Positions 1 through 12,402 of a stretch of 64,000 nucleotides of DNA are shown in pieces. The stretch is taken from NCBI GenBank assembly GCA_977017575.1, contig CDRNVI010000014.1, positions 372,001 through 436,000 of the forward strand, in the 5' to 3' direction. Under the pieces are notes generated by a model. The model was not told the origin of the DNA. It was given only the letters and a program-made list of their open reading frames with translations, and searched no databases. Source of the stretch: Paramoeba atlantica (Eukaryota; Protista; Discosea). Within the stretch, counting starts at the first letter, position 1. The number at the start of each line of letters is the position of its first letter. The translations under genes were made by a program, and so were the position numbers.

Positions 1-266
1 GGGCTGGAACAAACAAACCAAAAAAGGGTCTCGAAAAGTGGATTCCTATGCGAAAATAGTTATTTTTAGGCTATGCGAAATAATATTGCGATAGTTGAAG
101 TAACAATAATATACATAATGCGAAATGTTTTTTTTGTTTTTACGGAGGTTTTTTTTTCGTGATATCTTAGAGTTCGTCTTGTTTTTCCCTTTCGTAAACG
201 TATTTCTTATAAAATACTGTAATAAATTTATTCTACTGGGTCTTCAACCGTTCAAAACGATTCTAC

Positions 267-416
267 AATCTTAATATTATAATGGCTACACTTTAATATT
301 AAGATTCATTTTTTGGACAATTTAATATTAAGATCTCACTTTAATATTAAGATTCACTGCCCAATCTTAATATTAGCACCTTTCCAATCTTAATATTAAT
401 AATAATAATAATAATA
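267..416. repeat. Cluster of six AT-rich palindromic TTAATATTA(A) motifs ending in (AAT)n
   Basis: Core TTAATATTA at about 271, 293, 322, 341, 367 and 390, extended as AATCTTAATATTA or TTAATATTAAGAT (mutual reverse complements). Confidence 0.7.
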
Positions 417-607
417 TACCACTTAGTTCTTAAAAGTGGTTAGGTATCTTTCTGCCATGACTTTGAATGCTACTTTCTTTCTCTTATTCTTTGGTCTGAC
501 GCAAATGCCTTTTGCAGCATTAGGCCTCGAACGGAGGACAGTGGCGTATCCGTATCAAGAAATCATACGCTGTCGCTGCTAACGCTATCAAAACAGCTTC
601 GAATGCA

Positions 608-2985
608 ATGTCCGATGCTGTGTTCGCCACCGAAAATGCTGTGCAACCCGTTGATATGCTCCCCGCTGAAGCTCACGGAGGAATCGACGTCCCTCTTTCG
701 AAGCAACAAAACGATGATTTTCATGCACATATACTGAGCAGAGGTTACACGTACAACGGGGAGGGTTATGTTCACGATGTTCGTGCCTTCGACATTTTCG
801 CAACTGAAAACTCTGCGCCACAAACTTCTGAACACATGGAGCATTGGACAGAACAAACGCGTCTTCCATCACCGCAGCCGGTTGGCATGCATACAATACT
901 CCCGACCATCCAAAACATAATGCATAGCAATTCATCTGATGCAATCCCGATTGTTACGACAGGTGAGGAAACGATGAGCGGAGGTACTGCTTTCCACGAA
1001 TGTATGTCTCCCCCGATACGCGCGGAAAACTCTCCTCGAGAAGAGCCTCGAGAAACTCCTCCTGCCTCGCCGGCCCGCAATTCAGATATCCGTTCAGACG
1101 CCACAGGAAACATCGTCGAACAGCTTCTAAGCGATATTTCACCAACACGAGATTTTCCAATACCAGCAGAATCCGTATGGTATCAAGCCAAAGCCGCGAA
1201 GAAAGGAGACGAAGTCATTGTGGCATGGACCTTTGATCGTCAATCCAAGTTAAATGTATCGATTGGAACAGTGAAGCAGAAAACATCACGAGGAAAGCAT
1301 GGAAAAGTGCAGGTAGAGTACGTAGGTCTCCAGGGCCACAGTCAAGGCCAAAGTTTCTACGGAGTGTTGCCCCCTCATGAAAATGTCCGGGTATACAAAC
1401 TGCTATGGACCGACAGGGAATTCACGGAGGGCACGGCAGAGATCGAGCAAACAACTGCCGTGAACCACACGGAGAAAGATCTGGACTTAGAGCCGCTGCC
1501 CACAATGCGCACAATATCTCCAGAATTCGTACCAGGAGTGGTAACTATTTTCCGTGATATAATACGCGATTACGCGGACAGCAACTATGAATACAGAAAC
1601 CGAATCTGGCATCGATTGATGTCGGCAACGAAGCATTCACTGGCGACAATCAGAGAGAAGAACGGTAGAAAGCGGCGTAAAAGACCCCAGAATAGCGATG
1701 ATATTAGTGACTCAACAATGTCGGCTGACAACCTTGAACGGTCAGACATCCGTGCAATGAAAAAAGCTATTCGCCTCGTTTTGGATGGATGTACCTCGAA
1801 GGCCTCAAAAGTAATTGATATAGACATGCGAAAAGGAACGCTTTCGGACGCGGAAGTGATGACAAAACTCCGAGATCTACACCCTCAGCTACCCTGTACC
1901 TTTAATCTCCCTTCGGATGCGCCGGCCGTAGCTTGCTTTTCGACTGTGGAGTTGCGCGAAGCTGGCAAGAGGCTCTCAAAAGGAGCAGCGCCAGGTCCCT
2001 CAAGAACGACAGATGGGGTTCTTCGCCTCCTTCTGGACGACGAAATCTGTTGTTCTTGTCTGTGTCACATGATAAAAGATTTAGTAAACGGGAATTTGTC
2101 AAAAGATGTCATGCATAGACTCAAGAGAGCTCGGCTCCTGGCGCTACCGAAACCAGACAATAAAATCCGACCGATAGCTATGGGGGAAATCATTTTAAAA
2201 CTAGCAGGGATTCTCCTCCTACAACGCTACGAAAAGACGCTCCCTCCTTTGTTCGCCCCTTTTCAATACGGAGTTATGATGAAAAACGGTTGCGAAAAGG
2301 TAATCCATGAACTGACCGATCTTTACAATACGGGGCACGCTATCCTCTCTGTAGATCTGACCAACGCCTTTAATTCTCCTTCCCGTGATGAGATAGCGAA
2401 ATGCGTTTTTGGAATGTCCACGCTCCGTCCTTTCCGACGCATTTTCACTGCGGAATACGCAGAACCGTCTGAACTGCTATTTTACGGGGCAGATGGCAAG
2501 TTCGCAGGCACCATTCAAAGCTCGGCGGGGGTGCGGCAAGGATCGCCACTTTCAACCCTTTATTTCTGCGCCATGTTGCAGCCGATTCTAGAAACACTTG
2601 CAGAGGAATTTCCAGGGGTGCAGATATTTGCATTTGTCGACGATATCAACATGGCGTCCAGAGATGGGGACCTCTTAGCCAAAGCCTTCGAACGTTTGCG
2701 GAGTCTTCTACTGACACAAATTTACAAGTGGCATTACATAAGTGTGCGTGGTTTGGGGGACAACGGCAATTACCCATCCCGGCAAGACTTGACGCAGCAG
2801 GCGTGAAAACAGATTCAGAATCAACCAAAGTGCTTGGTGCTTTTATTGGTAGTACGCAGCACGTGGACAAGCAGCTATGTGGGAAATTAAGCAAACATCA
2901 ATCTGTTTTTCGTCGGCTCAAGAAAATGGGCATAAACAATGTTTCTACCTTATTCCTATCGAAGTGCATTAATAATTGGTATTAA
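608..2985 (+). pseudogene. CRE-clade non-LTR retrotransposon ORF (group 1): N-terminal module plus RT; frameshifted near 2725 and 3'-truncated near 2985
   Basis: RT motifs IRPIAMGE, FQYGV, VDLTNAFN, GVRQGSPLS, FVDDI. ORF 2728..2985 continues the homology (KCAWFGG, KVLGAFIG). No RLE domain follows. Confidence 0.85.
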
Positions 2986-3261
2986 GACCATAATATTTAC
3001 TCCATAATACATTAATAGATTATGATTTTTTGGCCAGTCAGGTTTAGCATCATTTATTTCCTAGTGTTCAGAATCCCTATTCAAATATAATCCCTCCTGA
3101 ATTTCAATCCGTATACTTTTATGTTTTTTTACGTGTACGCTTCGATTACCTTCACAAGATCTATTAATGAAAATAATAATTAATGAAAATAATATGAATA
3201 TCCAACAACAACAACAATATGAATATCCATAATAAAAATTTGAGTTGGGCTTCTGGGGTGT

Positions 3262-6200
3262 CTAAAACCGAAGTCCTCCTATCCAGTTTTCTTTCGGAAT
3301 ATATTCACGCAGTTGAGATACTACGGTATATGCCCCCATCTTCTCGATTTCAAGTTGAAGAGCATGACGTACATTTTCGTAATTCGCTTGGGCCCGGTGA
3401 GCGAGTGCTTTCAAAAGGGCTTTTGTATCGCTGTGCAGAAGGCCACAGTCTGTAGTGGCCAAACATCGAAAAGAATCGCTATCAACGCCTTTTTCAGTGA
3501 CATATTTCTTGATCTTTCGGTCAATTGCTTGTTGTAAGAGAGCGTTGCTGGTCTGTTTGACGTAGCTCGTGCAGCAAGTGTGGACGACTGTGAAATCGTA
3601 TAGGACCTCGCCCATGTGAGGCCACATAATGGCAATATCTGGGCCGGAACGTATTCGTCGAGCTTTACACGGGTGTTGTTCTGACACTTCCGCGGAGATG
3701 GTGCATTTGCATTTGGTACAATAGTATGATGAATGAATACGCGGTTCAATGACGGAAGGCAAGCCTGCTTTGGAGCATAATTCTGCAAGATAGCGGACAA
3801 TGTGGGAATGTTTCCGCGTACAATTCATCCCAGAGCAATGGGATCCCAGAGCAACGGGAACAGCCTGCGACGTGAGGAATAATGTTGGAAAGAGATTCTT
3901 GACTGCAGCAACCCGGGCATGTAATCTTTGCAGGTGTTTTTGACAGGCTGATGCCCAAGCGCATCTTGAGTGTGTAGCGAAAGAGGTAGGGATTGACATA
4001 GTTACTCGTGCTTTCCAGATGAAAATTGGATTCCTTCGTGCGCTTCAAGGTGTGTTCAATCTCAGTGTTTTTCTGCAGTTCTGCCAGTTGTTTTTCATGT
4101 TCATTGCTTATTTTCTTTTTGAGTAGCCTTTGCGAGAGTTCTCCGCGGCTCTGAGCTTTTTCTATTGCCTTGACTCCGCCTGTAATATCTACCGGAGCGT
4201 AAATGGGTTTAAATTGCTCTTCGATAGATGTTCGGGCAGATTCAAAACAAAATTTCTGCTTCAGAGTGGAAGAAATCAGACCTAATCCACCAAGTTTTTG
4301 AGGAAGTGCTGCGAGTTTGAGTGCATTTTCGTCGGCACCGCACCATTTTTGTAAAACTCTATGAACCTGTGTTTCAAAAGATTGTGCAAGCCGGAGGGTG
4401 GCATTTGGTCAATGGACTCGCAAATGGTAATCTTGTCGCGGGATTGTGCATCTTCGCAGAATGGCGAGAGATAGGTTACTTGGACCCATGAGCAAAAGGC
4501 AACGAAAGAGGCATTTGTGTTTTTCCATTTTCTGCAGGAGAAGATTCTCTACAACTTCATCTGCGCCGATGTAAGCTCCAAGAATTTTTATTGCATCGGT
4601 ACGGAAGTTGACACCTAGTTGTTCCAGCGGCAAGGGTACATCGGTTCGTGGAGTATCTTTCTGGAACCATTCGCACTTTTGAAACTTAACATGCAGATTG
4701 AGCTCTCCAGTGATTTCGCGTAAATGGAGGAAAGCTGCCTCGAGCGATTGCACATTTTTTGAACTCAGGGTCACGTCATCTTGGTATGCCCGAATTTTGA
4801 CATCAGGGTATAGACTTGCGACTTCTCGAAGTGGGGCTTGTAAAAGTGCGCAAAAATACATGGAAGATAGAGCGGAGCCCTGACGAATACCAGATGTGCT
4901 TTCAATGGTTGCGAAAAGAGAGTTGTGCGCGAAAAAGAGTAACTCTGACGGAAGCCCATATTCCAAATAGAACAATCGCATGAAAGGTTTGAATATGGAG
5001 TTTTCCGTCAGGGCCTGTGCAATGGTATCGCGTCGTGGCGTATTGTAGGCGTTGCTGAAATCGACCGCGAGCAACGCATGTCCATCTTCGTATTCTTGTA
5101 GCAACTCATGAATGATTGATTCGCAGGCATTCTAAACAACACTCCTCGTTGGATTGGCGCAAAGAAAGCTTTTAATGAAGATTCATGTCGCTGAAGTAGT
5201 ATAGACCCACAAATTTTAAGGATGGTGTCTCCCATGGCAACTGGACGTATCCCATTCTGTGGCATCGGAAGGGCAATTATTCGACATCGAGTGAGACGTT
5301 TCCGAACACATAGCGGAATTTCATCGTTGATAACGTCCCGAATCATGTGGCACAATGAGAGGCTTGATTCATCGTCGTCCCCAAGTAAACGCATCATACT
5401 CTCGCTGAGCCCGCTTGGTCCTGGTGAAGCTCCCCGAGCTAACTTGTCGACGGCTAGCCGAAGTTCCGATTTCTCTACTATGCCAATGCGTGGAAAATCG
5501 GTTTCCGGGATTTGAATGGCATGGCCCTCAGGATGTAGCTCCTTCAATTTCTGAACTTTTTCGTCGGCTGTATTTTGATGTTCATGCGCTCGTTGGCGCA
5601 GAGATACAGCCCTGGATGCGACAGCCGATATCATCGGCACAATCCGTATTGACGGATGTCGCACCAAGGGGGTTTAGCTCGGACTCTGTCGGTAGAGGGG
5701 GTCCAGGCAACTCGCCCTCTCTTTACGCAGCCGGAGGGGCGCACTGCAACCGACTCGGTCCCAGTCGGTAGAGGTGGTCCAGGCAACTCACCACCTCTTT
5801 ACGCAGCCGGAGGGGCGCACTGCAACCGACCGCTGCCTCGCGATAATGCGAGGCAGAGCCACGCCCAGTGGTCCTCAAGGGAGGCCACCATGGCGCATGT
5901 CTCCCCGGGAAGAAAAGGGCGCGAAGGGAAGAAAGCCGGGGAGGGAAGAAAACCCACTCAAGGAGTGAGCCGGGGAGGGGTGATGGGGTGGAAGCGCGTC
6001 CCCACAGAGTCCCTATATACGTTGTCAATGATGCGGGTGGCTTTCCCCAGATCCGAAGCTCGGGCGGTCGTCAATGCGTTTCTTATCGAGCGTCTGTCGA
6101 CCTGCAGTTCTTCGCGTTCATCTGCACTGAGATTGCATTCTGTTGATAGTTCCTCTGTCTTGCGTGCGTGTCCTATACTTTGTTTCCGTCGAGACATTTG

Positions 6201-6791
6201 ACGAACTGTAGCCAGCGAATCTCGGGGTGCGTTCAGGAATTTATGCCATATTGCTGCTTTTTCAGAGTCGAGTTTCACGGCGGAATAGCCTCGAATGATT
6301 GCGCGGAAGATAGCCACGACATGGACTGAGAAGGATGAATCGATTTGCGCCATGGGTGGAAGAGGTTCGAGGTCGCTTCGACCATCTTCACTAGAAATGT
6401 TGTCCGCCTGTTCCTCCAAGTTTCTTATTGTCGTCTCAACTTTAAGCAGTTTAGTGGCTCGTAGACTATAGATTTTGATTTTGTTGGACTGAGGAAGATA
6501 AAGGAAACCATTTGGGCCTTCGTTCCCTGGAGCAGGTTCGTAGGATATCTTGATTCTCACATTTCCTTTTCGCGCAGATCGACCGACAACGATACCTTTT
6601 GAAGTGTATGTTGCGGCATTCTGTCGGAATCCCCATTCGATTACACATTCCGTCCCTTTTCCCCACTTAGACACAACGTTGTGTACATGGTCCGCTGACT
6701 TTGAGCTGCTGCTCCGTGTCGCCATCTCTCGCTCTGCTTCGCACTCGCTGTCTAACAACATCCCGTAATATCTCGGAGCCATTTCTCCCAT
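3262..6791 (-). pseudogene. Degenerate CRE-clade element (divergent group-1 subfamily) with N-terminal module, RT, CCHC and RLE in several frames
   Basis: Pieces: 5958..6791 (N-terminus), 5008..5667 (IRPVAMGD), 4409..5104 (VDFSNAYN, GIRQGSALS, YQDDV), 3746..4048 (CPGC..H..GC..C), 3262..3999 (SGPDIAI..YDFTVVH). Confidence 0.85.
5584..6011. other. 428-bp GC-rich structured insertion interrupting the element ORF; contains two 67-nt repeat units (5688-5754, 5764-5830)
   Basis: Removing 5584-6011 restores ...IIDNVYR-EHQNTADEKVQKLKELHP, colinear with the homologous ORFs. The insert has many inverted repeats, e.g. ggactctgt (5681) with acagagtcc (6004). Confidence 0.75.
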
Positions 6792-6952
6792 GAAATCCTA
6801 TAAGCTCTCACAGCAGGAAGTCACGTAGGATAATGAGAAATGAGAAATGTTCACCTTCCCCCCTTCTCTCAATTTTCGAAGAGAAACTATCCCAAAAATG
6901 ATATATATTGTATTCTATTCTTTTGAATACTTTATATCCTTAATGTTATGTT

Positions 6953-7732
6953 ATGTGGCCCATAGCTGAGGGCCAACTGGCAAAAGGAAAGGCTTCTGGA
7001 TCAGACGGAATGCCAATTGAAGCGTATTGTGCTCTGGCTGAAAACGATGAATTCTGCAATTGCCTGCTTGCTCTTATAAATGGAGTTTTTCGCACGGGAC
7101 ATATGCCTATTATTTGGAAAGAAATTGTACATATCCCTATCCCCAAGAAGGGTGATCTTTCGGAGCTAAAGAACTGGAGGGCGATATGTTTGATAAATCA
7201 TGTAGTCAAGCTTATGAATCGGATGATACTGAATCGACTGCAACCAGAGATTGAACCCCGCTTACGCAATACTCAATTCGGGTTCAGACCATTACGATCA
7301 GCTGTAGGAGCACAAGCGATATTTACCGAGATACTACATAAAGCATTGCGCGGACCCCAAAATGTGTACATTGGCTATATAGACTACAAGAGTGCATTCC
7401 CGTCAGTATCGCATCGAGCTATTGAGGCTGCACTGAAAGCCTTTTTAGTCCCTCCTGGGCTAAGTAAGCTCATAATGGCTTCTTACGCGTCACCCACAGG
7501 ATTTGTTAGAACCCCGTTTGGAAATACGGAAAATTTTGAGATAACATCAGGGGTACTTCAAGGTGACGTGTTGGCCCCGTTCCTTTTCATTATGTGTATT
7601 GATCGTGTGCTGGAAAGGGTTACAAGGAATCCAGATTTTGGCCTCACGCTCTTTAAAACAGGAACCAAAAGTAGAGGAGTGAAGAAAACTCGCATTACCG
7701 ATCTAAATTACGCCGACGATATTGCAGAATTG
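6953..7732 (+). mobile_element. RTE/Ingi-like LINE, RT N-terminal half up to YADD; 5'-truncated, no APE domain visible
   Basis: GKASGSDG, IPIPKKGD..NWRAICL, QFGFRP, IDYKSAFPSV, GVLQGDVLAPFLF, LNYADDIAEL. Confidence 0.85.
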
Positions 7733-8136
7733 CGCCTCGCATCATAGGACAAATAAATTCAAACAGAAACAAATCTCCTATAGTATGTTCAACCTCATCA
7801 CTTTACTTTCAACCTATTCATATCATGATGTACATTATCAGATATCTTACTCCTGTGATTCACATTCAGATTCATATTACACATTCATATCTCGTTTTCA
7901 TACCTCAACATATTCACCTTCTTGGTCACTTGCGAACGGGTAGTCCACCCCACGCGGGGACCACCCAATCGCTAGTCCCTCGTACGTTCCATTCACCCTT
8001 TCGCACGTCCAGTTTGCTGCCGTCGTTGATTTAAATGTTCTCTTTTTTTTTTTTTTTTTTTCCTTTTTTCGGGGTTAGGGGGGGTATTTTTTTTTATTTG
8101 TGTGTTGTATTATGTATTGCGTGCATCTATTTACTA

Positions 8137-11100
8137 TCAATAATGTCCTCGGCTTACTGGGTCTGCAGGATTATTTTCGGATGATACATAACGCGGGGAT
8201 ATTGCGAAGCCATGTCGTCGAAGCGTTTTCAATACTGCTTTTAATTCTGTTGTAATACCATCTGATTTTGAGACCTGTCGTTTCATCGCAGCTAAGCAGG
8301 AGGTATTGTCTATATACAAGTCGATACACGTGTCGCGATTAAAGTGATGAACGAAGTGCTCCAAAACAAGACGAACGGCCCTCGCCTCCGCTTTGTTGAC
8401 TTCGTACTCGTATTCCTCCAGCACACAGCATTTGCCCATAATCTAAGTATAGAACGGCGCCCCATCCCTTGGACGAGGCATCTGTAAATAACGTGTGATT
8501 GTGCGGAACGGCATCTGGGTGCGGCAAAGGGGTTACAGGAATATTACTCGTCAACTTTTTATTCCATCTGGTCAATGAGATTCCGACATAAGCAGGCAAC
8601 ATTGCGCGTTTAATTCCCAAATCTGGATTCCGATTTATCGTACTCGTATTTATCTCCAGCACACAGCATTTGCCCATAATCTAAGTATAGAACGGCGCCC
8701 CATCCCTTGGACGAGGCATCTGTAAATAACGTGTGATTGTGCGGAACGGCATCTGGGTGCGGCAAAGGGGTTACAGGAATATTACTCGTCAACTTTTTAT
8801 TCCATCTGGTCAATGAGATTCCGACATAAGCAGGCAACATTGCGCGTTTAATTCCCAAATCTGGATTCCGATTTAATGCATTTATGCGTCGTCGAACAAT
8901 TTTCAATATCATGTGATACTCCGGTAACGGTTCTCCCAAAATTCCGGATGCATATATCATTCTACCTACAGCTGATTCTAAATCGTCGTATGTTATCGTA
9001 CGGAAACTATGTTTTCTCAACCGTGCTACAATTTTCGGCACAAGCGCTACTTTCTTCTCGCGATGTAAATATGACACTCCATTGAAAATATAATTTTGTT
9101 GGGGAGGAGTCCCGTGGTCTTTAAATCTTGCATTTATGAATGATGACCTGCGATCTACGAATTCACCGAACTTACTCGCCGTCTGGAAATCCCCGGCAAA
9201 ACGAATTCCATCAATGTAAACATCGGCGCCTTTTACCGGAAATCTATCTTCTTTTGAACAGTATTGCGGGTCGCCAGCCAAAACTGCGGTAATCGAATGC
9301 ATCAACTCTGGAGCACATCGATGTCCCATGGGCATAACTGTTAGTTCATACAAGTGGCCGTCACCTGATCGAAAACGAAATTTTGCTCTCGAGTCAATTG
9401 GAATTCCTACTTGATAAAAACTGCATGCGAGATCCCTTTTAATTCCGTAATCTTGCTTCACCTGGTGTAAATAGTAGGCAGCATGTCGTAAAGGAATGGA
9501 AGGCACGTACGATTCCCGAATTCGAGCGTTGTCTGCTCTCGTCCATGCGATGAATCTTCTTCTTTCACAGATACCATCGTCACCGTCAGGCTCCACTACA
9601 GTGAATGGAATGACCCATTGATTTGTCGGGCGTTTTGTCTCTTGTTCGTGGGACACTTTCGATACAAAGCCTGCGTCAATTAACAACTGTACATCGCTTA
9701 ATGGGACAGAGAAAAATTGAGGAGATTCTTTTTCTGGTTCTGGTAACAGATCAAACATTTCACGTCGTAGGTACTCGCAGCGCTGACGCGTTTCCTCATT
9801 CATTAAACTCATGACTCGTTTGAAATTAATTTGTGGAATGTCAAATTTCACATGTAGCGGTAAATGAAAATTCTCTTTCGTCGCTAGCTTGGTAGCTCTT
9901 TTAGTTCGCACGATAGTATGCTTGATTTTCTCCTGCGGCATGTCCCGCAGGAACTCGCGAAATAAAGACCCTGATTCTATAGCGTTTTCAGGAGGGAGGT
10001 CGCTTTTGCGGTTCCCAACGCCAAAGCTGTTGTCACTGGGTCGCTGTTGTATCGGAGGAGTGATTCGATCTCTTGATGCTTCGCCAAATTTTTCAAATCT
10101 TCCAATGTTAAGTTTCCCTGTGCTACCTCTCGAAATAGCATTGTAATTGCCCCCCTCTTGGCTGAATGAGTCCCGAACCCCGCACCTAGAATGTCGCGAA
10201 TCTTGCTGTCCATCTTTCGCACTGTTGTTCGACACAGGACGTCGTAAGACTTCAGAATACGTAGGTGATCCGCTATTTCGAGAGTTCCCTGTCCCGATAT
10301 GACTGTATACATTGATTTTTTCCACGGGTTGCATCTTGAGGTCTTTGTGCCTCGACCCCACCATATTATGATCCGGTTGGAGTTTACTTCCACAAAATTT
10401 TCCTTTCGCAGGGCAGCCGTTTCGCTCCATCTCGATGCACTCTTCCAACATATTAGCATTGTGACACTTTCGTTCGCCTCCAGGTTTGATCTTAGACGAC
10501 AAAGAAGGTGTGGTGTCAGCGGCGTCATTTGGTGCATCGGCTCTCCCGCTCCCTCTGCTTGCAGGGCTCGAACAAAGAACTTGAGTGGATTTATGTTAGC
10601 ACCCGCTAGGTTGAATAAGGTCATGAGATTTCTGCCGTACGTTAACCTGGTCTGCACTGATATTGGTAACATCTGCAAGAACGTTACCGCGTGGATTGGA
10701 TTTCGTTCGATTCTTCGCCACGTACAGAATCCCTGAAACCTTTCCCATAGACGCGCACGAGTTGACCAAGTCCCGCTTGCCCACATCGACGCCATGGCGT
10801 CCAGCGCTATCCGTACTTCGTGCGTTACCAAAGTCACTCCCATGAGATGTTGTGTCAATTTCCTTCTCGCTTGGTTTGATTGTTGCAAACTCAAAACTCC
10901 TCCGTATACTTGCGTCGAGTTCACCAACCTTCCGTTCAAGTTTACTGAGCTTGTCACATATTCCCCTGAACAATTCTTGAAACGTTTGGTTACTAGCGAG
11001 GTTTCCGCCCCAAAGCGCCCCCGTTTCCGGGGGGCCGGGACACTGGCAATTTTCGGGTGGTCGTCCTATAACGACTTTCCGTTCTGATGAGCGGTGCCAG

Positions 11101-11183
11101 ACACCCGCGACCGAAAATCCGGCTGCTGGCGTCGATGCGGACACTGGCGTAGGATATGATCGGGGGAACGACAATTGAAACAC
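8137..11183 (-). pseudogene. Pol (DIRS/VIPER-type RT plus RNase H) of YR copy 1; one in-frame TAA at 10596-10598 and a ~220-bp tandem duplication in the RNase H region
   Basis: ORFs 10596..11183 and 8610..10502 share a frame and together match 40774..43557. Motifs RRRFIAW, KRDLACSFYQ, PMGHRCAP, YIDGI, FTDAS..GWG, EARAV, IDNTS. 8420-8637 duplicates 8660-8877. Confidence 0.8.
9977..10957 (-). CDS. Tyrosine recombinase (YR element copy 1)
   Basis: Catalytic residues R (SASRWSE), K (GTKTS), H-x-x-R (HSAKRG), H (AKHQ), Y (LLRY). Confidence 0.85.
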   Translation of the reverse strand: MTSSVNLNGRLVNSTQVYGGVLSLQQSNQARRKLTQHLMGVTLVTHEVRIALDAMASMWASGTWSTRARLWERFQGFCTWRRIERNPIHAVTFLQMLPISVQTRLTYGRNLMTLFNLAGANINPLKFFVRALQAEGAGEPMHQMTPLTPHLLCRLRSNLEANESVTMLICWKSASRWSETAALRKENFVEVNSNRIIIWWGRGTKTSRCNPWKKSMYTVISGQGTLEIADHLRILKSYDVLCRTTVRKMDSKIRDILGAGFGTHSAKRGAITMLFREVAQGNLTLEDLKNLAKHQEIESLLRYNSDPVTTALALGTAKATSLLKTL

Positions 11184-12178
11184 AATAAACGATTACGGTA
11201 AGGTGGTCCACCGGGAAATATGTTGGCTTGCATCGACGGTCCCGGTGGTGGTGGTGGTGGTGGTGGGAAACCTTGGAACGGTGGTGGGTAATAGGGCGCA
11301 GAAAAGTTCGCAGCGTAATACTTCTTCTTGGCTTTATCCCGTTCAGTCAATTGGTCTGCTACGTGCTGGTAAAATTTGTCATTAGAACGTTCATCCTTGC
11401 TAATTTTACGGTGTACATCTTCAACGTCAATTTTTCGGGCGCGCCAGTAAGCGTCTCGCAAGCTTTGTACGATTGCGTTTCCTAACTCAATAAATGTACC
11501 CTTGTTCCAATCTTGCGTTTGACGCGCTAGTAAGATCCATCTGCCCAATAAATTGTCAAAGTTGCGCTCTTGCTGCTTTACAAAATTTTTATCATAAAAA
11601 TACTGGTTTAAGCGCAATCCGAATTCGGGTGCCTCTCGCAATTCCCTCATCAGGTCTCTGATCTTGAATCCATCGTCATTGCGTGCATTTATCCATGCTT
11701 CGTAGGTCACGGGTTCGTAATGTTGAAGCTTGAGCGACGGCGGAACTGTTTCTTGTCCAGAGACTTCTTGGCTACCATACTGTGGCGGAAGGGGCCGTCC
11801 TCCACCAAGAGATGGTGCTTGTTGAACACTCAGCGATGCGTGTTCTTGATCCAAAATTTCGATAACGTAATAATTCAATTCCGCATGCGGAAACGGATAT
11901 TCTGTAGTAAGGTCGTCTTCCCAAACTGCCCAGATCTCAATACCATCTCGTCGGGCCTTTCCATGAGATGTTGTTAGTGGCGCAGAGGGGCTGTCTTTAC
12001 GGCGCCAGGAGGCTTTCAAATGTACTGTGGCCGGCTCCGTCGTACACGTCAAAAGTTTTTCGCATACATTGGACACAACGGCATTTAGGTCTTTGTTTCG
12101 AAGTGGTTCACTCGGTATTCGCTGTCCAGTCGGGGAAGAGCTTCTTGACGATACTTGTTGGGTAGAATCGGAAGTCAT
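11066..12178 (-). CDS. Gag-like protein with CCHC zinc knuckle (YR element copy 1)
   Basis: C-terminal CFNCRSPDHILRQC after a Pro-rich stretch; homologous to 43476..44171. Confidence 0.8.
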   Translation of the reverse strand: MTSDSTQQVSSRSSSPTGQRIPSEPLRNKDLNAVVSNVCEKLLTCTTEPATVHLKASWRRKDSPSAPLTTSHGKARRDGIEIWAVWEDDLTTEYPFPHAELNYYVIEILDQEHASLSVQQAPSLGGGRPLPPQYGSQEVSGQETVPPSLKLQHYEPVTYEAWINARNDDGFKIRDLMRELREAPEFGLRLNQYFYDKNFVKQQERNFDNLLGRWILLARQTQDWNKGTFIELGNAIVQSLRDAYWRARKIDVEDVHRKISKDERSNDKFYQHVADQLTERDKAKKKYYAANFSAPYYPPPFQGFPPPPPPPPGPSMQANIFPGGPPYRNRLLCFNCRSPDHILRQCPHRRQQPDFRSRVSGTAHQNGKSL

Positions 12179-12402
12179 GGCAAACTTTTCGTCGCGGAAA
12201 TATGAAACAATATTCTTATATCAATCTTCATGCTAATACATATTCACATGTACATTAATGTTATCTCACAAGTTGAATTTCAAAAACATGCGTACAATGC
12301 CCGCCGGCTATTCGGCAAAATAGCTCAATCATGTAAATTCAAAATCAATATTAAAATCAAAATGATGCGCTGGACAATTCTTATCGTAAACTCTTATTTT
12401 TT

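Larger units (their letters stand above)
7733..12402 (-). mobile_element. VIPER/TATE-like tyrosine-recombinase retrotransposon, copy 1 (gag, YR, RT-RNase H), nested in the RTE-like LINE
   Basis: Order gag, YR, RT/RH with overlapping frames. Its ends resemble the A and B repeats of copy 2. The interrupted LINE ORF resumes on both sides. Confidence 0.8.

Noticed and set aside
5688-5830. CRISPR-like repeat-spacer array
   Set aside because: Only two 67-nt units with a 9-nt gap, no cas genes, and a eukaryotic context.
5584-6011. Group II intron or twister identity for the structured insert
   Set aside because: GTGCG is internal rather than at the boundary and no domain V is present. The twister UAA cleavage loop and T2 geometry are missing.
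8069-8085. Telomeric repeat (GGGTTAGGG)
   Set aside because: A single copy within homopolymer runs; there is no hexamer array anywhere in the window.
11080-11135. CTGATGAG...GAAA resembling a hammerhead ribozyme
   Set aside because: Stem II is not closed directly by C-GAAA, no convincing stems I and III with an NUH site were found, and it lies antisense inside overlapping ORFs.
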